Source: an uncultured Candidatus Saccharibacteria bacterium
Lineage (GTDB): Bacteria > Patescibacteriota > WWE3 > UBA101185 > UBA10185
NCBI GenBank assembly: GCA_964643995.1
Contig: CAZXUJ010000002.1
Coordinates: 14,209 to 78,208 of the forward strand
DNA: 64,000 bases
Direction of reading: 5' to 3'
This document shows, piece after piece, positions 38,045-46,977 of the stretch. Within the stretch, counting starts at the first letter, position 1; each line of letters starts with the position of its first letter. The position numbers and the translations under genes were made by a program. Below the pieces are notes generated by a model, which searched no databases, was not told the DNA's origin, and worked only from the letters and a program-made list of their open reading frames with translations.

Positions 38045-39844
38045 TTGGTACGTATGACTTTTGCACGTAAACTTTACAAACTAATACACAAATCGAATCT
38101 TAAGTCAGACATCATAGCAGGAGTAACTGTTGCCTTACTATTAATCCCGCAATCTTTAGCCTACGCAAAGCTGGCTGGGTTACCTCCTCAATTTGGTTTA
38201 TTCGCGGCGCTGCTACCTCCAATTATTGCGACTTACTTTGGATCAAGTCCACAATTGTCTACAGGACCAATTGCAGTTTTATCTCTAATGACCTTTTCCG
38301 CATTAACACCGCTCGCTGAGCCAGGAACTTCCTTATACAATTCCTATGCAATAGCTCTGGCGCTTATGCTAGGTGTATTTTTGCTCTTGCTTGGACTTCT
38401 TAGACTTGGTAATCTCGTAAGCCTTCTTTCACATCCTGTTATTTATGGATTCACAAATGCCGCAGCAGTAATTATCGGGACTACTCAAATAGCATCCTTT
38501 TTTGGTGTTTCAGTAGGCAGACACGAACATCACTATCAAATGGTTTCAGAGGCATTACAAAAAGGATTTCAGTCTCCAGATCTCACAACTTTAATCTTAG
38601 GAGTTTCAATACTTTTAATGATGTTTTTAATGAAAAAAATCAATTCCAGCGCACCTGCAGTATTAATTGCATTGGTGGTAGGAACGATAATCACAAGGCT
38701 ATTCGAACTCCCAGTAGCTATTATAGGGAATATACCTATAGGAATAGGCAGTATAAATATACCTGATTTTGAAATAAGCCAAATATCGTTACTAGGACCA
38801 GCAGTTGTTGCAATGGGAATGATAGGGTTTACTGAAACTGTAGCAATCTCACAGGCAATAGCGATAAAAACGAAGTCAAGATTTGACCCTAATCGGGAAC
38901 TAATTGGACAAGGAGCTGCAAATCTTATCGGTTCTTTCAACAGCAGTTACCCCGTATCCGGCTCGTTGGCAAGAACGGCATTGAATTACAGGGTAGGGGC
39001 AACATCTTGGCGGGCAAGTCTAGTTACAAGTTTTACTGTATTAGTTGTGCTGCTCTTTTTTACTAAATATCTCTATCATTTACCACAAGTAGTCTTAGCG
39101 GCTATCATAGTTTATTCAGTCGCAGGCTTGATAGACTTTAAAAAAATTCAATTGTTATGGAACATTAACAGATTTGATACCTATGCCTCATTACTTACTT
39201 TTTTTTCAACACTTTACTTTGCACCAGAATTAGAAAAGGGGGTTTTCTTGGGCGCAGGAATATCGATGATTTACTTTATTTATCGCAATACGCATCCACG
39301 TGTTGCCTTTTTGTCACTATACAAAGATAAATTTTTTCACGATGCGCATTCTAACCACCTAGATGTTTGCACAAACATTGCACTTGTCAGACTAGACGCA
39401 CCATTATTTTTTGCCAATGCAACATTTTTTGAAGAAGAGGTCATAAAATATCTAGCTACACACAAAAAAGTCACCGATGTACTATTCATTGGATCAGGTA
39501 TAAATGAGATCGATATCACAGGCGAAGAGATTTTGGAGAATCTAACGAAAGCATTAAATGAAAATAATAAGCACGTATTCTTTGCATCCATGAAACGTCC
39601 CGTTATGGACAAATTATATAAATCCGGGTTTGTTGATGAAATTGGAGAAGAACAGTTCTTTTCAACAGCAAAGGAAGCTGTAAAGCACTTGCTAAAACAC
39701 CTTGAACATGAGCATAAACACCTAGATCATGACAACTGTCCACTTATGAAGTACACACAAAACAATAGACATCACGAGCACCATGAAAGCTCGCGAAGAA
39801 ATCATATCGCATTTGTTTACGAAAAAATGTTTGGTAAAAAGTAG
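38045..39844 (+). CDS. SulP-family anion transporter with a C-terminal STAS domain and a His-rich tail
   Basis: The SulP signature ...AYAKLAGLPPQFGLFAALLPPIIATYFGSSPQLSTGP is present. A STAS-like region follows (ALVRLDAPLFFANA). The terminal HLEHEHKHLDHD...HHEHHES is histidine-rich. A TTG start is called; an ATG lies at 38054. Confidence 0.8.
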   Translation: MVRMTFARKLYKLIHKSNLKSDIIAGVTVALLLIPQSLAYAKLAGLPPQFGLFAALLPPIIATYFGSSPQLSTGPIAVLSLMTFSALTPLAEPGTSLYNSYAIALALMLGVFLLLLGLLRLGNLVSLLSHPVIYGFTNAAAVIIGTTQIASFFGVSVGRHEHHYQMVSEALQKGFQSPDLTTLILGVSILLMMFLMKKINSSAPAVLIALVVGTIITRLFELPVAIIGNIPIGIGSINIPDFEISQISLLGPAVVAMGMIGFTETVAISQAIAIKTKSRFDPNRELIGQGAANLIGSFNSSYPVSGSLARTALNYRVGATSWRASLVTSFTVLVVLLFFTKYLYHLPQVVLAAIIVYSVAGLIDFKKIQLLWNINRFDTYASLLTFFSTLYFAPELEKGVFLGAGISMIYFIYRNTHPRVAFLSLYKDKFFHDAHSNHLDVCTNIALVRLDAPLFFANATFFEEEVIKYLATHKKVTDVLFIGSGINEIDITGEEILENLTKALNENNKHVFFASMKRPVMDKLYKSGFVDEIGEEQFFSTAKEAVKHLLKHLEHEHKHLDHDNCPLMKYTQNNRHHEHHESSRRNHIAFVYEKMFGKK

Positions 39845-39845
39845 C

Positions 39846-40571
39846 TTACCACCTACAAAGTTCAAAAGTCACCATAATGGACTTCTGGTTTTCTGTGGTA
39901 CCTGGTTCTAAAGCAAACCCACTACCTCCACCAGCACCACGCATACCCATATCATACATAACACCAGTCTCATTTGTAGTACCAGACTCTGCTAAATGAA
40001 CTACTCTTTTAACTTTCAACCCTTGCATTTGAGCAAGAGCGGAGGCTTTAGCATAAGCATCATCATAAGCCATACTCAATAACTCCTCTTCGTCAACCGA
40101 CTCGTTGTTAATGGCAAAGTTCGGTCCGTTAAAGTTACGAATATCAAGTGTAGCTAACAATTGGCCAACACCCTCTACTAAAGCTATGTCCGAGACCTTT
40201 ATTTCTATCGTGCCTGTTGCAACCCAATCTTTATCTTCAGAGAGACTTGTAGTAGGGTTCCAGATTTCCTCTCTGTAAACATTTACATTCAGGGTTTTTA
40301 TATCTTCTGCGGGAATGCCATATTCCTTAAGAGCATCGATAATTTTTTGATTACCCTCCTCAAACGCCCTGACAGCAGATTCCTTAACCGGGTCTTTATA
40401 TTGCATATAGGCCGAAAAAGAGGCAATCTCATTTTTCTGATCATTACTGGCTGAACCATACACGGTGACTTGAGTACGCTTGAAAAGAGCTAAATACAAA
40501 TTTAAAATTACTGAAACAACTAAAACTACGACTATAAGGTTTTTTAAAGATAAGATTTTAGGCATGAACAT
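39846..40571 (-). CDS. SIMPL-domain (DUF541/BP26-like) periplasmic/secreted protein
   Basis: The N-terminal TM/signal is followed by ...TVYGSASNDQKNEIASFSAYMQY...KTLNVNVYRE..., typical of DUF541. Confidence 0.65.
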   Translation of the reverse strand: MFMPKILSLKNLIVVVLVVSVILNLYLALFKRTQVTVYGSASNDQKNEIASFSAYMQYKDPVKESAVRAFEEGNQKIIDALKEYGIPAEDIKTLNVNVYREEIWNPTTSLSEDKDWVATGTIEIKVSDIALVEGVGQLLATLDIRNFNGPNFAINNESVDEEELLSMAYDDAYAKASALAQMQGLKVKRVVHLAESGTTNETGVMYDMGMRGAGGGSGFALEPGTTENQKSIMVTFELCRW

Positions 40572-40604
40572 ATTATATAGCTAACAAGCTATTTGGAATA
40601 GAGC

Positions 40605-40751
40605 CTACTGGCGACAATCTGGCTTACCAAGATAGCAAAAAATAATACCAACGAATAAACAAGTTACAACATAAGTAATGAATAACCAAAACCTTTCGTT
40701 ACAGCAATAAATAAAGTGGCGTACCAGGAAGTCCTGGAAATTGCCCCACAT
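40605..40751 (-). CDS. unannotated small Cys-rich ORF (48 aa)
   Basis: MWGNFQDFLVRHFIYCCNERFWLFITYVVTCLFVGIIFCYLGKPDCRQ. It lies immediately downstream of the 47-aa ORF. Its coding status is uncertain. Confidence 0.15.
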   Translation of the reverse strand: MWGNFQDFLVRHFIYCCNERFWLFITYVVTCLFVGIIFCYLGKPDCRQ

Positions 40752-40758
40752 GCAAAAG

Positions 40759-40902
40759 CTATTTTTCTGTAGCATTAACCAAGATTATAAATACAAAGGT
40801 CATTTTAGCTATAAAAATAGCGGAAGAGAGCAATCTTGTAGAACTAGGTATAAAGAGCATAACACCTGTTACAAGTACAACTAATACCCCAAGCCAAATC
40901 AT
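40759..40902 (-). CDS. unannotated small hydrophobic ORF (47 aa)
   Basis: MIWLGVLVVLVTGVMLFIPSSTRLLSSAIFIAKMTFVFIILVNATEK. A GGAG lies 12 nt upstream. It is below the ORF-track threshold. Its coding status is uncertain. Confidence 0.2.
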   Translation of the reverse strand: MIWLGVLVVLVTGVMLFIPSSTRLLSSAIFIAKMTFVFIILVNATEK

Positions 40903-41106
40903 TTTTGAAACTTACTCCAATATACCCTTTCAGATTTATTGATTTTCATATCTCAAAGAAATCTAAAGAAAAGAAAATCAGAAACAAGTGCGCCACCAAA
41001 ACCTAAAATAAAACCCAAAAAGTGGGTTTTTAAAATCACACTTTGAAAATTTATCAAAAAATCAAGCATATATATATGGTAGCAAATCCTCTAAAAGCTG
41101 CAGTAT

Positions 41107-41134
41107 TTGTCAAGAAGTAGGCATATGATATAAT
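41107..41134 (+). promoter_or_regulatory. sigma70 promoter with an extended -10 for the RRM RNA-binding-protein gene
   Basis: TTGTCA, then a 16-nt spacer, then TGaTATAAT. It is followed by an ~80-nt 5'UTR and a strong SD, AAGGAGGTG, 7 nt before the ATG. Confidence 0.55.
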
Positions 41135-41216
41135 GTGCATGATTTTGTTACTTTAATGACGAACCGTTAGTGCGCTTCTTTCATTAAAGATCTAATGATG
41201 AAGGAGGTGTCCCTGA

Positions 41217-41498
41217 ATGAAAAAACTATATATAGGCAACTTGCCTTATTCCGTAAAGGATGAGGATTTAGCAGCTATTTTCGCTGAAGCTGGAACAGTT
41301 ATATCTGCAACAGTTATATTCGATAGAGCTACTAAAAGATCTAAAGGATTCGGTTTCGTAGAAATGGAGGATGCAGATGCAGATAATGCAATAAGCACAC
41401 TCGATGGAAAAGAAATCGACGGTAGAGCAATGAGAGTTAGCGAAGCAAGACCAAAAGAAGAAAAAAGAAACAACGGTTTCGATAGAAATAGAAGATAA
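41217..41498 (+). CDS. RRM-type RNA-binding protein
   Basis: RNP2 is LYIGNL and RNP1 is KGFGFVEM. A Gly/Arg-containing C-tail follows. 93 aa. Confidence 0.8.
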   Translation: MKKLYIGNLPYSVKDEDLAAIFAEAGTVISATVIFDRATKRSKGFGFVEMEDADADNAISTLDGKEIDGRAMRVSEARPKEEKRNNGFDRNRR

Positions 41499-41510
41499 CA
41501 ACGATAACTG

Positions 41511-41544
41511 AAAGGGCCTCGCAAGAGGCCTTTTCTTTTTTTTA
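41511..41544 (+). terminator. rho-independent terminator, usable by both convergent genes
   Basis: aagggcctc, loop gcaa, gaggcctt, followed by a T-rich tail. An A-rich run sits on the other side. Confidence 0.6.
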
Positions 41545-42861
41545 TCAGTTTAATTTAAAGAAGTCACGACTAAAATCCAACGCCATGTTTAGCACTGAAA
41601 TATCAAGATTTTCGTTGGCAGCATGCATATTACAATCTTCATTACACAAAGGTACCACCGCTTGAGGAAGATTTAGCAACTCGTCAATTATAACTACTAC
41701 TGGAACGATAGCCCCGCAATGCTTGTAGAGTACTTCCTTTTTATAACTTTTTTCTAATATTTTTGAGGCTTTTTCGACATACTTGTTTTTGTGGTCTAGC
41801 AATACACCCTTGTTCATGTGTTCTGACACTACAGTCAAATCTACATAATCTGGTACCAAAGTATGTAAGTAGTCGGTAAATTGTTTGGAACACTTTTCTG
41901 GGTCTTGTGTTGCTGTTAACCTAAAACTAACTTTGGCAGATGCATGTCCAGGAATTGCATTTCGATAGCCTTCGCCAACATAACCCCCAGATAGTCCAGT
42001 AATCTCTACAGAAGGTCTAAATACGTTTTGGGCATACTGATTATATCCAGGCTCAGTTTTAAGAGTTTTTACACCCGTTATACTTTTGAACTCATCTAGA
42101 TCAAAAACCATTTTTTCAGACATAACTTTTTCTTCTTCCGTCAAGGGTTTTACATCATCGTAAAAACCTGGAATCGTAATAAGGTTATCTTCGTTTACTA
42201 ACTTAGACAAAAGCTCAACCAACTCTCTTGTAGCACTTGGAACTGTACTACCATAAAGTCCTGAATGTAAGTCTTTGTTGGAGGTCGTAACTGAGACTGT
42301 ACTGCTAAAAATACCCCGATAACCTAGCTCTATTGACGGATAACCAAAAGTAAGCTCACCATCAGATGTTAGCGAAAAATCGGCTTTAAGAAGCTCTCGA
42401 TTGTCTTTCAAAAAGTCGGGCAACTTATCAGATGACGTTTCTTCATTACCTTCGATAACAAACTTAACATTATAACCAAGGTTGTTTCCTTCAATCAATT
42501 TTAAAACATTATAAATGTGTATTAGCACCTGACCTTTATTATCTACAACGCCTCTACCATAAAAACGGTTATCTTTTTCTAACAGGGTAAATGGATCCTC
42601 AAACCATCCCTCCTCGATGCTAGCAGGTTGAACATCATAGTGACCGTAAACTAAACAAGTATCAAGTTTGGGATCGTTTTCATAGTATGCAACAACAATG
42701 GGATTCTCATAACCAGTAACTATTGTAACTTTAAAACCATGGGTCTGAAATAGATTTTCTAACCATGAAACCAATTTTGCTATTTCGGGTTGAAATTGTG
42801 AATCCGTTGAAACACTTTTAAACGAAACAAACTCCTTTAGCAAATCTTTATAAACCAACAT
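41545..42861 (-). CDS. M20-family metallopeptidase (dipeptidase/ArgE-DapE-like)
   Basis: VYGHYDVQP and GRGVVDNKGQ are the zinc-ligand motifs. 438 aa. Confidence 0.75.
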   Translation of the reverse strand: MLVYKDLLKEFVSFKSVSTDSQFQPEIAKLVSWLENLFQTHGFKVTIVTGYENPIVVAYYENDPKLDTCLVYGHYDVQPASIEEGWFEDPFTLLEKDNRFYGRGVVDNKGQVLIHIYNVLKLIEGNNLGYNVKFVIEGNEETSSDKLPDFLKDNRELLKADFSLTSDGELTFGYPSIELGYRGIFSSTVSVTTSNKDLHSGLYGSTVPSATRELVELLSKLVNEDNLITIPGFYDDVKPLTEEEKVMSEKMVFDLDEFKSITGVKTLKTEPGYNQYAQNVFRPSVEITGLSGGYVGEGYRNAIPGHASAKVSFRLTATQDPEKCSKQFTDYLHTLVPDYVDLTVVSEHMNKGVLLDHKNKYVEKASKILEKSYKKEVLYKHCGAIVPVVVIIDELLNLPQAVVPLCNEDCNMHAANENLDISVLNMALDFSRDFFKLN

Positions 42862-42920
42862 GCTTTGATAATAACCTAAAACTGGAGGCGGAACAAAGAT
42901 TTGGTATAGTTACACTGCTT

Positions 42921-44078
42921 ATGCAACTATCATCTGATCAAGAAAAAGCACTAAAACATCTTTACAATTGGTATCAAAAAAAGGATAGTCAGTATATCAC
43001 CCTTGGAGGATACGCCGGCACTGGGAAAACCACATTGATTGGTATTTTGAGAAGGATCATTTACACACAGGACAAAAACCTAAAAGTTGCATTTGCCAGT
43101 TTTACAGGAAAGGGTGCCTTAGTACTCAAAAACAAACTAAAAGATCTAGAGGCTACATACAAAGGAGATACTGTGGGAACAATACACAGTTTAATTTATG
43201 AACCGATTGAAAACTCAAACAAGGAAATTGTAGGGTGGGAAAGAAAAGAAGAGATTAAACAAGATTTAATCATTATTGATGAAGCTAGTATGGTTAATCA
43301 AGAAATTTGGTACGATTTATTGAACTATAAAAAACCGATAATTGCAGTGGGAGATCATGGGCAGTTACCACCGATTAATGGAAGCTTTAATCTTGTTAAG
43401 GAGCCACATCTGAAGCTTGAACAGATTCACCGACAGGTAGAACACAACCCAATAATCAAATTGTCTGTGCTTGCACGAACAGAAGGAAAAATTCCTCCTA
43501 AAAAATATAATGAAAATATAATGAAACTTTTAAACAGCGATTGGGAAACAGCTGAGTTTGTTAATGAGATATTAAACGAGTTCAATGAAGATACCCTAGT
43601 TCTATGTGGATACAATGCTACAAGAATAAAAATCAATAATCAGGTGAGATACAACCTAGGATTTGAGGATCCAGAACCATCAGTGGGGGATCGGGTAATA
43701 TGCCTAAGAAACAACCACGACAAACAAATATTTAATGGTATGTTAGGGCATATAAAGCACATCGAAGTAATTGATCCAAACTGGTATTTTGCAAAGATAG
43801 AAATGGAATCTGGTGTTAATTACTCTGGAAACATATACAGGCCACAGTTTAACAGCCCACAAGCTATAAATTTCACAAAAGAACGCAAAAAACTAGGTGA
43901 GGGTGACATATTTGATTTTGGATACGCGCTAACTGTGCATAAAGCACAGGGTAGTGAAGCCAAAAGAGTAGTTTTATTTGAGGAAAGATTTTCACAAATG
44001 ACTGACGAGGATTGGAGAAAATGGCTTTATACAGGTATCACGCGGGCAAGAGAAGAACTTTATATAATCGGAAACTGA
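42921..44078 (+). CDS. RecD/TraA-like SF1 DNA helicase (short form)
   Basis: Walker A GGYAGTGKTT. Motif II IIIDEASMV. The C-terminal GYALTVHKAQGSE is the SF1 motif VI. Confidence 0.7.
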   Translation: MQLSSDQEKALKHLYNWYQKKDSQYITLGGYAGTGKTTLIGILRRIIYTQDKNLKVAFASFTGKGALVLKNKLKDLEATYKGDTVGTIHSLIYEPIENSNKEIVGWERKEEIKQDLIIIDEASMVNQEIWYDLLNYKKPIIAVGDHGQLPPINGSFNLVKEPHLKLEQIHRQVEHNPIIKLSVLARTEGKIPPKKYNENIMKLLNSDWETAEFVNEILNEFNEDTLVLCGYNATRIKINNQVRYNLGFEDPEPSVGDRVICLRNNHDKQIFNGMLGHIKHIEVIDPNWYFAKIEMESGVNYSGNIYRPQFNSPQAINFTKERKKLGEGDIFDFGYALTVHKAQGSEAKRVVLFEERFSQMTDEDWRKWLYTGITRAREELYIIGN

Positions 44079-44098
44079 CGTGGGAGTATAATTTGTGT

Positions 44099-45022
44099 AT
44101 GTCAAAGATACAATTAATAACTCAAACCGAAAAAAAGTTACGCGATATTATTGCAACAAAAGGGTATCCCAGATTTCGCGAAATGGGTATCGGGATATTC
44201 AAGGATGAAAAACCTGATTTTGTAATGCCACATTTTTCACAATTCGTAAGTGAAACAGAATCAACTTTAGAAAAAAGAAACTATCGATTGTGGCTTCTAC
44301 ACAGCAAATACAAAGATGCAACAGCAATGACAAGAATTCATTTTGTAACTGTGTTTGATCCTGAAAAGCCTACTTTCATTTTTCAGCATGGATTTGGTGG
44401 AACCAACCACCTTGCCCATTTAGTGGCTATTATTGGACGTGAATTCTTTCAGAAATTTAATGTTATATCACTTGGACTAAACGGACATACTACGTTTCTC
44501 GAAATGTTTAATGTTTGCGCAAATTCATTTATAAACCTTGCACTTACGGCGGCATCTTCTATACAAGCTATAGACGAGTGTATAAACACACACAAGTCGA
44601 AAAGCGACAAGGAAACAATAGTCTGCGGAGCCTCCTTGGGAGGCATGATTATAAGCTGGCATGGGTTCTTACATAATACAGCCGACATGTATTTCCCTAT
44701 GATTTCGCATCCCAATATTGCACAAGTCTTTCTTAACAAATCCTTTGCTGAAGCTAACTACTCATATGACTTCATGAGTAAGAACAAATCTTACTTTGAA
44801 GCTTTTAAGGTTGAAGATAAGTTAAGAGAAAATATGAAAAACAAAATGTTTCCAATTTTAGGGACAATAGATGAAATGGTACCCTTCACCGACACAAGTG
44901 AGTTCTGGAAAGGATATGAAACTTTAGAGGTAGCGGCCGGGCATTACTCTATTGTTGCTCAAAGAGCCAAGGTGCAAGAATTCATTCTCGATAAGGCCAA
45001 AAAATTTTATGCGACTACTTAA
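44099..45022 (+). CDS. alpha/beta-hydrolase fold protein
   Basis: The nucleophile elbow is GASLGG. An upstream FQHGFGG segment is present. The start is placed at MSKIQ; the ORF Met at 44012 overlaps the helicase. Confidence 0.5.
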   Translation: MSKIQLITQTEKKLRDIIATKGYPRFREMGIGIFKDEKPDFVMPHFSQFVSETESTLEKRNYRLWLLHSKYKDATAMTRIHFVTVFDPEKPTFIFQHGFGGTNHLAHLVAIIGREFFQKFNVISLGLNGHTTFLEMFNVCANSFINLALTAASSIQAIDECINTHKSKSDKETIVCGASLGGMIISWHGFLHNTADMYFPMISHPNIAQVFLNKSFAEANYSYDFMSKNKSYFEAFKVEDKLRENMKNKMFPILGTIDEMVPFTDTSEFWKGYETLEVAAGHYSIVAQRAKVQEFILDKAKKFYATT

Positions 45023-46130
45023 CTACTTTATAGTAACGACTGCGCTTATTGTGTGTGTTACAAATTTTAGCAAGGTGCATGCTCAGGGAGCCAGCACTGG
45101 GGCACCAATACTACTGAAAGGTGTCGTTGAAAAAGTACTTGAGGAAGAGACACAAACTAAAGCTGAAGGCGAAGTCATAAATCAAACACTTTATGTAAAC
45201 ATGGGTAATCAGAATGTCACAGCTTTTTACACAGTACTTCCCCTAACTGGAAAAGAAAAAATTTCTGTAGGCGACAGTATCCTAATATATGGAGTTCAGA
45301 TGATGGGTGAAACAAAGTATTTCGTAGCAGATTACAATCGAGAGAGACCAATCGTACTGCTTATTGGCCTGTTTGTGGGCATTGTAGTACTTGTCACAAG
45401 ACGCTGGGGGATTATGTCTCTGGTGGGAATGCTTTACTCATTTCTTATAATTTTTAGATTTATACTGCCCCAGATACTGAACGGTAAGGACCCGCTGGTT
45501 ACAGCGCTGATTGGCGTGGTTATGATTGCACCTGTCACATTTTCACTCTCACATGGGCTAAACAAAAAGACGATTGCAGGAATACTCGGCACGTTTATTG
45601 CATTGTCAGTTACAGGACTCTTAGCAGTGATATTCACGCAAATAGCACATCTATCTGGATTTGGTTCTGAGGAATCCTTATTTTTGCAAATCTCTCAGGG
45701 TAATAAACTTAATATGCAAGGAGTCTTTCTAGCCGGAATTATAATAGGAACATTAGGAATACTGGATGATGTTACTATCTCACAAGCATCAATAGTTAAG
45801 CAGCTTAAGGTGGCAAACCAAAACCTATCGAAAACCGATTTATACCTACGTGCAATGAGTGTAGGACACGATCACATAAGTTCAGCAGTAAACACCTTGG
45901 TACTAGTTTATACCGGTGCGTCAATGCCATTACTCCTGATCTTTCTGCTAAGTAACCAATCGTTTGGGGGAGCAATAAATTACCAAGTAATAACCGAAGA
46001 GATCGTAAGAACATTAGTAGGCAGTATAGGTTTAGTAATTGCAGTGCCAATAACAACTCTTATTGCAGCAATTTTTCTGGATAGTTCAGATGAGCATGAG
46101 GAGAAAACAGAACATACACACCACCACTAG
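45009..46130 (+). CDS. YibE/F-like membrane protein
   Basis: Signal/TM segment MRLLNYFIVTTALIV. A ~100-aa extracytoplasmic domain is followed by 6-7 TM helices and an acidic/His-rich C-terminus (SSDEHEEKTEHTHHH). This architecture is typical of YibE/F. Confidence 0.5.
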   Translation: MRLLNYFIVTTALIVCVTNFSKVHAQGASTGAPILLKGVVEKVLEEETQTKAEGEVINQTLYVNMGNQNVTAFYTVLPLTGKEKISVGDSILIYGVQMMGETKYFVADYNRERPIVLLIGLFVGIVVLVTRRWGIMSLVGMLYSFLIIFRFILPQILNGKDPLVTALIGVVMIAPVTFSLSHGLNKKTIAGILGTFIALSVTGLLAVIFTQIAHLSGFGSEESLFLQISQGNKLNMQGVFLAGIIIGTLGILDDVTISQASIVKQLKVANQNLSKTDLYLRAMSVGHDHISSAVNTLVLVYTGASMPLLLIFLLSNQSFGGAINYQVITEEIVRTLVGSIGLVIAVPITTLIAAIFLDSSDEHEEKTEHTHHH

Positions 46131-46131
46131 A

Positions 46132-46491
46132 CGTAAACTTTTATATGTGGGACTACTTTTAGTAGTAATCTCTTTATTGTTAGGCTTAGTGGTATTTGGT
46201 CCATTGATCTAACAAGAGGGGAAATATCAAATAAAAAAAGCTACAAGATCCAGTGTTAATGAGATAAATTTTGAGGTAAACCCAACTAACAAAGGATTCA
46301 TGATTATAATTCCAAAGATCGGGGCACAATCAGGTATAGTTTCTGAGGTAGACCCGTACAACAAAGCAGAGTACCTAAAGGCACTTTCAGGCGGAGTAGC
46401 GCATGCAAAAGGCACTGCATTACCAGGTGAGCTTGTTAACATTTTTCTATTTGCGCACTCCTCAGTAGAAGCCACTGAGATTGAAGATTAG
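46132..46491 (+). pseudogene. sortase remnant (in-frame stop plus C-terminal truncation)
   Basis: A single frame reads (V)GLLLVVISLLLGLVVFGPLI*QEGKYQIKKATRSSVNEINFEVNPTNKGFMIIIPKIGAQSGIVSEVDPYNKAEYLKALSGGVAHAKGTALPGELVN... The sortase hallmarks IPKIG and GV.H..GT.LPGE are present. A TAA interrupts at 46210-46212. The reading frame ends at 46491 before the TLxTC catalytic region. Confidence 0.4.
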
Positions 46492-46494
46492 GGG

Positions 46495-46977
46495 CTAACA
46501 GGCCACACTGTTTGGGTTAGGGTCGATTGTTCCAGGACAAACTCTTATTTCATTGAAAGTGGTATGAAATTTATAGAAACCACCAGTGCTTATTCCAACA
46601 TATACTCCAAAGGTACCACCACCCTGGCCGTATTCGTACGTAGACTGTGGAGGATCTCCATTGGGCCAAACACGCATATAAGTTGTAAGGCCGTTGGCAT
46701 CATCTAGAGGATTACCATTTGCATTAGAGTCAACAGGGTAGGAACCCTCAGAAACTCGGTAAGCTTCAATACCTTGTACAATTTTCTCCAAATTCGCTAA
46801 ACGAACACTATCCTCAGCTCGATCGTTTTGTGCATCAGGCTCAATAATACTAAGAGTTACCCCAGCCAAAATACCTATAATACCTATCACAATTAATAGT
46901 TCAACTAAGGTAAAACCGGATTGTCTAACAGTTGTGGGCATCATTATAATTCTACGCATCCAAGCACACGCTGGCAA
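46495..46977 (-). CDS. type IV pilin / pseudopilin-like protein with a prepilin N-methylation motif
   Basis: ...RQSGFTLVELLIVIGIIGILAGV is a class III signal with a G|FTLVELL cleavage/methylation site. 160 aa. Confidence 0.65.
   Translation of the reverse strand: MPACAWMRRIIMMPTTVRQSGFTLVELLIVIGIIGILAGVTLSIIEPDAQNDRAEDSVRLANLEKIVQGIEAYRVSEGSYPVDSNANGNPLDDANGLTTYMRVWPNGDPPQSTYEYGQGGGTFGVYVGISTGGFYKFHTTFNEIRVCPGTIDPNPNSVAC

Noticed and set aside
38569-39612. minus-strand ORFs 38569-38940 and 39337-39612 within the SulP gene
   Set aside because: They are antisense shadows. The SulP frame is continuous and motif-supported.
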